IMG/VR virus record: IMGVR_UViG_3300020042_004176 | Location: 1-34,112 of that record | Length of the DNA: 34,112 bases | Source of the DNA: a virus | Taxonomy: Duplodnaviria > Caudoviricetes | Strand: one strand, 5' to 3' | Shown here: piece after piece, positions 1 through 7,697 of the stretch | Numbering within the stretch: the stretch's first letter is position 1 | How the letters are laid out: each line of letters opens with the position of its first letter | The notes under the pieces: model-generated | Database searches by the model: none | Seen by the model: only the letters and a program-made list of their open reading frames with translations | Told to the model about the DNA's origin: nothing | Program-made: the position numbers and the translations under genes

Positions 1-2
1 CC

Positions 3-764
3 ATTGTTAGTCAGAACGCCGTCACGATTGCCTCTGGCGTCACGTTCTGGATGGGTGTGGACAAGTTCTACAAGTACGACGGTCGGGTTCAAACTCTGCG
101 CTGCGACCTGCGCCAGTACATCTTCTCTGATCTTGACAAGGAGCAGTACTCACAGGTGTTCGCGGGGACCAACGAAGGCTTCAATGAGGTTTGGTGGTTC
201 TACTGCTCGGCAGGCTCTATCGCGGTGGACAAGTACGTCATCTACAACTACCTTGAAGACATCTGGTACTACGGCGACATGGCCCGCTCGGCGTGGCTGG
301 ATTCTGGCTTGCGGGACTACCCAATTGCCGCCACGTACATCAACAACATCGTGAATCATGAGTCAGGGGTTGATGACAACTCTACAGCCACTCCAACTGC
401 GATTGCTGCGACGATTACCTCTGCTCAATTTGATTTGGATGACGGGCACAAGTTTATGTTCCTGTGGCGCGTTCTACCGGACATCACCTTCCGTGGATCA
501 GAAGCCGCGTCTCCCACAGCCCAGATGTACATGCAGCCTTTGAAGAACTCGGGCTCTGGTTATACCGACCCCCCTTCGGTTGGCGGAGAGAACAACCGAC
601 CAATCACGCGCACAGCCGTGCTGCCAATTGAAGCGTTCACTGGACAGATTTACACGCGGGTACGTGCTCGGCAGATGTCTGTAAAAGTGGAAAGCACCGA
701 CCTTGGTGTGACATGGCAGCTTGGCGCTCCTCGCCTTGACCTGCGTGCTGACGGATCGAGGTAA
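3..764 (+). CDS. Virion tail/head-closure protein, C-terminal part (P22 gp10 / tail tubular B-like); 5'-truncated
   Basis: Frame is open from position 3 (IVSQNAVTIASGVTFWMGVDKFYKYDG...). Aromatic-rich beta-type sequence (EVWWFY, YVIYNYLEDIWYYG) ending RVRARQMSVKVES...WQLGAPRLDLRADGSR. Lies just upstream of the ejection-protein genes. Confidence 0.65.
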   Translation: MVSQNAVTIASGVTFWMGVDKFYKYDGRVQTLRCDLRQYIFSDLDKEQYSQVFAGTNEGFNEVWWFYCSAGSIAVDKYVIYNYLEDIWYYGDMARSAWLDSGLRDYPIAATYINNIVNHESGVDDNSTATPTAIAATITSAQFDLDDGHKFMFLWRVLPDITFRGSEAASPTAQMYMQPLKNSGSGYTDPPSVGGENNRPITRTAVLPIEAFTGQIYTRVRARQMSVKVESTDLGVTWQLGAPRLDLRADGSR

Positions 765-766
765 CT

Positions 767-1021
767 ATGGGAATGTTTAGTCGCGTAACCCCGCCCCGTC
801 CAACCGCTGCGCCGCAGCAGTACACAACTGCATTCATGGACCAGATGCAGAACATCTTCAACTTGTTCTTCAAGCAGATAAACGCTGTGCAGCCAATCAA
901 CATTGCCAGTTTAAACATTGACATTGACACTCTGCCGACTCAAGCCGACTTGGCCAACCTGCGCGTGGGTGATGTATATCGGGACAGCACGGCGTCCAAC
1001 GTATTGAAAGTGAAGGTCTGA
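767..1021 (+). CDS. Small hypothetical virion-associated protein (84 aa)
   Basis: ATG 2 nt after the previous stop; fills the gap in the structural operon exactly. Confidence 0.75.
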   Translation: MGMFSRVTPPRPTAAPQQYTTAFMDQMQNIFNLFFKQINAVQPINIASLNIDIDTLPTQADLANLRVGDVYRDSTASNVLKVKV

Positions 1022-1022
1022 T

Positions 1023-3614
1023 ATGGAAATGACAGCAGAGCAGCTACGCGCTCAAATTCAAGCTGGCCCACAAACGCAAGCGGCCTTGGATCAAGCCTTT
1101 GCCACATATTCGCCGGAACAGTTGTACGCCGCGTTTCCTGAGTTTGCGTCAACGGATGCTGCGACAGGTTTGGAGCAGTACACCCAAGCTGCCGCAGAAG
1201 CTGCGGCACGTATGCAGGCCAACTCTACGCCCAACGCAGGGCTAAACACTACCCCCAACACCACACCCGCTGCCGCGCCTGTTGCACCTACGAACGACTG
1301 GATGCCGAACCAGTGGTACAACCCCAACGTGATGCCGGAGAACTTTGACTGGCAGCGATACGTCGGAGCCAACCAAGACTTAGGCGCAGCAGGCATCGAC
1401 ACGCAAGAAGAGGCCCAGCGGCACTACTTCAACTACGGCCAGAAAGAAGGCCGCAACATCGGGGCTTTGGCTCCAACAAAGTTTGAAGACTTGTCTCAAG
1501 AGGACAAGAGAGCGGGGATGGAGGCTTATCGACAAGCGACGGGCAACGACGGCTTGGTCGTCTTTAACCCCGGCACGAATTCAAGCAACGATCCTGTTCT
1601 CTCTTGGATCAACCAGAACTACATCCCTCAAGGCCAGTTCAAGACAGACTACGCCGCAGCAAAGCCTGCGGATACGTTTCAGTTGCTGAACCAGATGCAG
1701 ACATCAACCCGTCCGCCAGATCAGCTTGCAAGTATCCGGACGGCGTGGGAGGCAAACAAGGACAAGCCCTCCAAGATGCGTGAGCTTATGGAGCAGTACG
1801 GCGTCACGCTGGGCGACCTATCTCAAGCAACCGGCGAAACATACAGCCAGCTCAACACTTGGGTGAAGGGCGGAGACATCCTTGGGACAATCGGGTTTTC
1901 CGTCAACCGACCCGGCGCTTACGACAAATACAAAACGACCACCACACCCAAGTACGACCCGAACTCGAAGGTTGTTGCCGGTCCAAGCACCCCAGAATCT
2001 CAGCTTGCTGCTATTGAGGCATCTCGGAAGAAGGCCCCCAACACCTTCGACCCTGTTGCCTATGCCAAGGACCCCGAGGCTTACGTCAAGAAGATGCGCG
2101 AGCAAGGTGGGTTGGCCGCTTTGGTTGCCGAAAAGGCAGTCCCCTCATCTACTGGCGCTCAAGCAAGCATCCCCACTTCGTATCAGCAACCCGAAAAAAT
2201 TACGGCTGCAAACTTTCAATCTGAGTACGACAAACTAAGGGCGGACTCAAACGTCAATGAAGATCAACAGAGAAAGTTTCTTACAAGCGCTTTGGAAGAC
2301 CCAACTATCAAAGCGAAGCTTGGTGATAAGCTGCAACCGGCTTTGGATGAACTCAACAGACCGCCGGGTGAAAGAATGCTCGGCCAGATTGAGAAGCAGC
2401 GCGGGGTTCTTGGCGGGCAGTATTACCAAGGCGCGTACAGCGACCCCAAAACAATGGCCAAAATCCTTGAGGATAAGGGCGTTAAAAGTCTTGCTGATTT
2501 GGGGCAGAAGGAGAAGTTTAAAACAGCTACTGCGGCGGTTCAATACACCACAGCCGATGGCCAGAAGTTAACTGAATTTAATGATGGCACTCTGGGCTTT
2601 GCTGTTGAATCTGGTGAGGGCAGCGAATGGCGCATGGTGCCAAAAGATCAGGCTAAAGCTTCATACGGGAAATACGAAGATGACGGATACGGCGAAACCA
2701 AATTTACGCCCCTGTCAGAAAAAGAACAGGCAACTCTTAAAGATGGAAAGTATCAAGAAAATACTGGCAATGTTGTCATCAACAAAAGAACCGGCGAGGA
2801 GTTGACTGACACCACGCGCCAGCTTGCCTATCAATCTAGCAGTGGTGGGGTCAAGAAAAAGAAGAACTATTTGACTGTAGAGTTCACCAAAGACGGAACG
2901 CCGGTGCTGGTGGCCACCAAAGAGAAGGCTGGGCTTGGTGCTGCTTTGCAAGATGCCGCGCCAATGATTGCTATGGCGCTTCCGTTTATTCTCCCCGGCA
3001 TAGGCGCTGCAATCAGCAGTGGCTTGGCAAGCGTTGGTGGTACCGCATTGGCTGCAGGCTCTGTGGCTAACGCCGCGATAACCCAAGGCATTATTAGCGG
3101 TGGTCTTGGTTCGCTTACTGGTAAAGATTTTGGCAAAAGCTTCCTTAGTGGGGCAATAACCCCCGTCATTGGTTCTGGAATTGGATCGTTGCTGCCAGCC
3201 GGTCTTGACGCAAACGCAGCCAACGCTATAAAAGGTGCAGGCACTGGCGTGATCAAGGGTGCGCTGCAAGGTGAAAATTTTGGGGATTTGCTCAAGCAGG
3301 GCGTCATTGGCGGAGCAACCAACTACGGCCTTAGCGAAGCAGCAAAGGGCTTGAACCTAACCCCTCAGCAACTGAACATGGCCACTGGGGTTGTTGCTCC
3401 CTTGCTTCAAGGACAGAAAATTGATCCTATGAAATTGATTAGCTCGGCCATCACTTCAGGTGCCCAAGCAAAGCCAAAAGAAGCGGTGCCCGGGAACGCA
3501 GGAGGCGGCTTGTTGGAAGGCCCCCTGCCTGTTAAAGTACCGGGTAACGCCTCCGGCATGGACCCCCGTATGTTTACTGGAATCGCCGCAAATCTGATGG
3601 CAAGGAGCATGTAA
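1023..3614 (+). CDS. Putative internal virion/ejection protein (863 aa)
   Basis: Long ORF tightly coupled to its neighbours. Contains an FDWQRY..NQDL..HYFNYGQKEGR module and a long Gly/Ala-rich hydrophobic C-terminal region (MIAMALPFILPGIGAAISSGLASVGG...). Confidence 0.7.
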   Translation: MEMTAEQLRAQIQAGPQTQAALDQAFATYSPEQLYAAFPEFASTDAATGLEQYTQAAAEAAARMQANSTPNAGLNTTPNTTPAAAPVAPTNDWMPNQWYNPNVMPENFDWQRYVGANQDLGAAGIDTQEEAQRHYFNYGQKEGRNIGALAPTKFEDLSQEDKRAGMEAYRQATGNDGLVVFNPGTNSSNDPVLSWINQNYIPQGQFKTDYAAAKPADTFQLLNQMQTSTRPPDQLASIRTAWEANKDKPSKMRELMEQYGVTLGDLSQATGETYSQLNTWVKGGDILGTIGFSVNRPGAYDKYKTTTTPKYDPNSKVVAGPSTPESQLAAIEASRKKAPNTFDPVAYAKDPEAYVKKMREQGGLAALVAEKAVPSSTGAQASIPTSYQQPEKITAANFQSEYDKLRADSNVNEDQQRKFLTSALEDPTIKAKLGDKLQPALDELNRPPGERMLGQIEKQRGVLGGQYYQGAYSDPKTMAKILEDKGVKSLADLGQKEKFKTATAAVQYTTADGQKLTEFNDGTLGFAVESGEGSEWRMVPKDQAKASYGKYEDDGYGETKFTPLSEKEQATLKDGKYQENTGNVVINKRTGEELTDTTRQLAYQSSSGGVKKKKNYLTVEFTKDGTPVLVATKEKAGLGAALQDAAPMIAMALPFILPGIGAAISSGLASVGGTALAAGSVANAAITQGIISGGLGSLTGKDFGKSFLSGAITPVIGSGIGSLLPAGLDANAANAIKGAGTGVIKGALQGENFGDLLKQGVIGGATNYGLSEAAKGLNLTPQQLNMATGVVAPLLQGQKIDPMKLISSAITSGAQAKPKEAVPGNAGGGLLEGPLPVKVPGNASGMDPRMFTGIAANLMARSM

Positions 3615-3885
3615 TGGATGAACTTGATTTTGGCGACTTTGACTTCGGCGACTTTGACCTGAGCGGCTTGGAGAACATGGACCTAAGCGGTCTTGAGGGG
3701 CTTGACCTGAGTGGGTTGGGTGACCTTGACCTGAGCAGTCTGGAGGGCTTGGACCTGAGTGGCCTAGAGGGGCTCAGCGGCCTAGAGGGGCTGGCGGATG
3801 CAGATATGTCCGGCTTGAGCTTTGAGGGCCTTGACCCAAGCATGCTTGAAGGAGTTGACCCGAGCCTGCTTGAAAGCCTTGGCTT
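3614..3885 (+). repeat. Degenerate coding tandem repeat (DFG x3, then about 8-10 units of DLSGL(E/G)G-like sequence)
   Basis: Protein reads MDELDFGDFDFGDFDLSGLENMDLSGLEGLDLSGLGDLDLSSLEGLDLSGLEGLSGLEGL...; DNA repeats GACCTGAG(C/T)GG with synonymous variation. Confidence 0.85.
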
Positions 3886-5032
3886 GAGCCAGCCTGAGGG
3901 TGAAGGCGAAGCCAGATCGTTAGCCAGATCGTTATTTGGTGGTGATACCCAAAATACTAGTGGTGCAGATGACGGCTACTCGCCTAGGATTCAGCAAGAC
4001 CTTGATGATTTAATAGCGGCGCGTACTGGCGAAGGTGGAAGTGGTGCCGGTAATGACGGTCAAAAATTTGATGGTGCTGGACAGCCTGATAACCCGTTGT
4101 ACAGCGATACCACAGAGGAGGTGCAGCCTTGGCAAAACCTTGAAGGCTCCGGGACCACCCAGCTAAGTGACGCTTATAGTTACAAAGATGGTAAGTGGAG
4201 CGTTCGCGGGTACTACGATGAAGGAACAGGGCGTTTTATACCCGACCCAAATGGCCCCCTTACCAACCCTTTAGATGAAACGTCCGGTACAAACCTAAAG
4301 TCCATGGACGGGTATACATACGATAAAAAAACGGGTACATGGACAACTCCACAGGGGGAAACATACACCCCAAAAACACCTCCATCACACACGGCAAAAT
4401 CTGGTGCGCAGGTAATGGTTGATGCGGGCGCACTTCCTCCCGGTTACGCGGGTCTAACTCCCGGAAAAGGCTCAACTGCGGCCAATTCTGGTAGTGGTTC
4501 TGGCAACAAAAGCGATACGGGTAACAAAAGCGGCACTGGCGAGAAAAAAGACGACTGGATGAAGTACATCATGTTGCTCATGGCTCTCGATGCTATGCGC
4601 AACAAGGGTGGCGGCTCCAGTGGTGCTGTTATTCCAAGCCTCACAGCCAGTCGCGGTACAACTCCATACGCTGAAACCCAGAAGGCTCCGGGCTACCGTC
4701 CCGGCCAAGGCGGCGTTCAGTACTTTGGCCCGACCGTCTACCGTGCAGCCGGTGGTGGCATTGGTTCCTTGGATGCAGCGGGTGGCCGACTGCTTCGCGG
4801 CCCGGGTGATGGCGTCTCTGATGACATCGTTGCCCAGATTGGCGACAGCCAGCCAGCACGCCTTGCTGACGGTGAGTATGTGCTCGACGCCCGCACGGTT
4901 TCTGAGGTCGGTAACGGTTCCACAGACGCTGGTGCCAAGAAGATTGCCCAGATGGTGGAGCGCATCCACGACGAGCGCCGCAACGCAAAACGCGGCGAGC
5001 CCAGCAGGGCCGACAGAAAACTTTTAGCTTGA
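3614..5032 (+). CDS. Putative internal virion protein (472 aa) with acidic N-terminal repeats and a C-terminal GPGDG..SDDI..LADGEYV domain
   Basis: TAATG overlap with the upstream gene. The C-terminal AAGG..RGPGDGVSDDI...RLADGEYVL resembles a motif I recall from tape-measure and internal virion proteins. Confidence 0.7.
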   Translation: MDELDFGDFDFGDFDLSGLENMDLSGLEGLDLSGLGDLDLSSLEGLDLSGLEGLSGLEGLADADMSGLSFEGLDPSMLEGVDPSLLESLGLSQPEGEGEARSLARSLFGGDTQNTSGADDGYSPRIQQDLDDLIAARTGEGGSGAGNDGQKFDGAGQPDNPLYSDTTEEVQPWQNLEGSGTTQLSDAYSYKDGKWSVRGYYDEGTGRFIPDPNGPLTNPLDETSGTNLKSMDGYTYDKKTGTWTTPQGETYTPKTPPSHTAKSGAQVMVDAGALPPGYAGLTPGKGSTAANSGSGSGNKSDTGNKSGTGEKKDDWMKYIMLLMALDAMRNKGGGSSGAVIPSLTASRGTTPYAETQKAPGYRPGQGGVQYFGPTVYRAAGGGIGSLDAAGGRLLRGPGDGVSDDIVAQIGDSQPARLADGEYVLDARTVSEVGNGSTDAGAKKIAQMVERIHDERRNAKRGEPSRADRKLLA

Positions 5033-5041
5033 GGACAGATC

Positions 5042-6028
5042 ATGCCAACAACTCCCGCAACACCGACAACACCCGGTACGACCAACACTCAAGGCTTGGC
5101 CGACTGGGCTGCGCCGTACATTACCAACTACCTCGGCCAAGCGCAGACTCTTGCGCAGCAACCCTATCAAGCCTACGAAGGCCCCCTGACCGCTGGCCCA
5201 TCCGCCCTGCAGAACCAAGCCTTCACCGGCATCGGCTCACTGACTGTGCCTGCGGGTATCGGCCAAGCCGCCACAACGGCTGGTAACTTTGCAACGCAAG
5301 CTGGCAACACCCAGTACAACGCAGTCGGCTCCGACTTCGGCACGCAGCAGGCCCAGCAGTACATGAACCCGTACCTGCAGGCTGCACTGAACCCAGCGAT
5401 GGATGAGGCTCGCAGGCAGGCGGACATCTCTCGCATGGCTGATGCTGGCCGACTGACTCAGGCCGGTGCTTTTGGTGGTAGCCGTCAAGCCATCATGGAG
5501 TCAGAGGGTCGTCGTAACCTGATGGACAAGCAGAACCAGATGCTGACCTCCGGCTACTCAACTGCGTTTGACAAAGCGCAGCAGCAGTTTAATGCTGATC
5601 AGGCACGCAAGATTAACGAGCAGCAGTTTGGTGCGGAGCTGGGGCTCAAAGGTCTGCAGACTGGCATTCAAGGCGCTCAGACACAAGGTCAACTGGCCGA
5701 AGCTCAGAACAAGGCCAGCTTGGCTAACATCCAGCAGCAGCTTGCTGGCGGCGAAATCCAGCGCGGCATCACCTCGGAAGGCGTCAAAGCTGATCTGGAC
5801 GAGTTCAACCGCCAGCGCGATGACCCATACAAGAAGCTGCAGTTCCAGCGCGAGATGATCTCCGGCCTGCCCGTCGGCTCAGTGACAAGCCAGACGCAAG
5901 GCTTGTCTGGGCTTGCTGCCCTAATTCAGGGCATGGGTGGTGCTGCTGCCCTCAACACTTCTTTGTCTGACAAAGAGAGCCCTCTGTACAAGCTGCTTGG
6001 CAATCTTGGCTTTAACTTTGGTAGCTGA
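5042..6028 (+). CDS. Putative DNA ejection/pilot protein (328 aa)
   Basis: RBS GAGGA upstream. Gln/Ala/Gly-rich, with QQYMNPYLQAAL and AGAFGGSRQAI segments typical of podovirus injection proteins. Confidence 0.7.
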   Translation: MPTTPATPTTPGTTNTQGLADWAAPYITNYLGQAQTLAQQPYQAYEGPLTAGPSALQNQAFTGIGSLTVPAGIGQAATTAGNFATQAGNTQYNAVGSDFGTQQAQQYMNPYLQAALNPAMDEARRQADISRMADAGRLTQAGAFGGSRQAIMESEGRRNLMDKQNQMLTSGYSTAFDKAQQQFNADQARKINEQQFGAELGLKGLQTGIQGAQTQGQLAEAQNKASLANIQQQLAGGEIQRGITSEGVKADLDEFNRQRDDPYKKLQFQREMISGLPVGSVTSQTQGLSGLAALIQGMGGAAALNTSLSDKESPLYKLLGNLGFNFGS

Positions 6029-6029
6029 T

Positions 6030-7688
6030 ATGAGCATGAATCTGATCCAAACCCAAGAGCGTCTTAAGGACGTTCCATTGCAGGCCGTCATGCAGTACGT
6101 GAACGGTATGAACCCTGAGGTCCCTCCCTACATGGCGCTGTCCGAGCTGGACCGACGCAAGCGGATGCAGCAGCAGGCTCAAGCCCAAGCCCCGCAAGGG
6201 ACCGTTAAGGAGCAGATTGAGCAGCAGGTCAGCGGCATTGGTGGACTGGTTCCTCCCGGCGCTCAAATGCCCGGTCAAGCCGCCCCACAGGCTGCGCCCC
6301 AAGGTGCCCCGCAAGGAATGCCGCCCGGTATGCCTCCGGCTATGGCTCAGCGTGGAATGCCCCCGGGTATGCCTCCCGGTATGCCGCCTCAAGGTGCGCC
6401 TGTACGAGCTGCTGGTGGTGGCTTGATGTCTCTGATGGGTGGCCGTTACGCCCACGGAGGCATGGTTGCGTTTGCAAGAAGTGGCGAAGTTGAAGACGAA
6501 GACGATGGTGAAGATGGCGGTGGCAGTTCCGAAGACAGCTCGGCTGGCCCAGTATCTATGACGCCTTCCGCCGACTTGGTCGAGTACAAGCGCATGATGG
6601 CCGACAAGCTGAAGGAGAAGGTGACCAAAACGCTTTCGCCTTTGGAGCAGCGCAAGAAGATGATGCAGGAAGACCCTGAAGCGTACGGTGTGCTCGCCAA
6701 AAAACCCGGGGAAGAGTACCTCTCTGGCATTCAGGCCATGCTCCAGAAACGTGAGGCTGAGGCTGAAAAGCAGCGCGGCGAGAACTCCCGCCTCAAGGAG
6801 CTGGGCACATACGCAGCCATGTCTAAAGCAGCGGAGGCGACTCGCGGTATGCGCGGCGGCAAGGGCTCTCAGATCGCAGCCATGCTCGGTAGCTTTGGCC
6901 AGCAGCTCGGCGGTGTTGAGAAGGAATCCGTCGGACGCGAACAGGCGTTGCGTGAGGACTTGCTCAAGCGCCAAGAGCTGCAGAACGCCGCCAAGTTTGA
7001 GGTTGAGAAGCTGCAGATGGCGCGAGCCGAAGGCGATGTCAAAGGTGAGCAGCAGCACGCCGCAAACTTGGCCAAGCTCGAAAACGCCCTGCGCGTGTCG
7101 CAGAACAGCTTGCTCAAGGGTGCCTTTACCGGTGCTTACGGAGCTGCTGGCAAAGCGTACGCCGCCGACATTGCTGCCAAAGCCAAGATCAAAGCTGCCA
7201 GTATGCGTGGGGCGCAGGAGAAGAAGCCGACCGACTTGGGCTCCATGATCCAAATTGAGTTTGACGCACTGGTGGCCAACGGGGCCGACGCAAGCGATCC
7301 GAACACAAAACGGATCGCTGCACAAAATGCTGCACGGGCGTTGAGCAAGTCGGCGGGTACTACTCGTGCAGACACAGATGCAATCGACAGGGCCAATACC
7401 GCGTTTGAGAATAAAGTTTTGATGGACCGCAACCTGCGCAAACTGCGTACAACTGACCCTGTTGCATACGACCTACGGCTAAAGGAAATTCGTAGCGAAG
7501 TTGAGGCCCAGTACAAAGTACGCCCGGACGCGGCTGCTCCTATTGGTAACGACGCCGCCCCAGCAAAACCTGCTGCAACAAAGCCTGCTGCGGGTATAAC
7601 CCCTGAACAATTCAATGCGCAATGGGCTAAACTAGGCCCGGGCCAGACACTGGTTGGGCCAGACGGCAAGACGTACACCAAAAAATAA
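6030..7688 (+). CDS. Putative ejection protein (552 aa)
   Basis: ATG at 6030, 1 nt after the previous stop (the ORF-track start at 5937 overlaps the upstream gene). Has PPGM repeats, AAGG/AHGG motifs, a coiled-coil middle and a C-terminal GPDGKTYTKK. Confidence 0.7.
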   Translation: MSMNLIQTQERLKDVPLQAVMQYVNGMNPEVPPYMALSELDRRKRMQQQAQAQAPQGTVKEQIEQQVSGIGGLVPPGAQMPGQAAPQAAPQGAPQGMPPGMPPAMAQRGMPPGMPPGMPPQGAPVRAAGGGLMSLMGGRYAHGGMVAFARSGEVEDEDDGEDGGGSSEDSSAGPVSMTPSADLVEYKRMMADKLKEKVTKTLSPLEQRKKMMQEDPEAYGVLAKKPGEEYLSGIQAMLQKREAEAEKQRGENSRLKELGTYAAMSKAAEATRGMRGGKGSQIAAMLGSFGQQLGGVEKESVGREQALREDLLKRQELQNAAKFEVEKLQMARAEGDVKGEQQHAANLAKLENALRVSQNSLLKGAFTGAYGAAGKAYAADIAAKAKIKAASMRGAQEKKPTDLGSMIQIEFDALVANGADASDPNTKRIAAQNAARALSKSAGTTRADTDAIDRANTAFENKVLMDRNLRKLRTTDPVAYDLRLKEIRSEVEAQYKVRPDAAAPIGNDAAPAKPAATKPAAGITPEQFNAQWAKLGPGQTLVGPDGKTYTKK

Positions 7689-7697
7689 AGGTTAGTT

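Noticed and set aside
1-10. CCATTGTTAG at the window start resembles the right part of the palindrome
   Set aside because: Truncated by the window edge, and base 1 is C where the motif needs A; not counted.
3910-3933. Exact 12-bp tandem duplication AGCCAGATCGTT (ARSL-ARSL)
   Set aside because: A single in-frame slippage event in a disordered region; no sign of function.
6255-6400. PPGM/APQG repeats in the 552-aa protein
   Set aside because: Ordinary low-complexity linker with no further structure evident.
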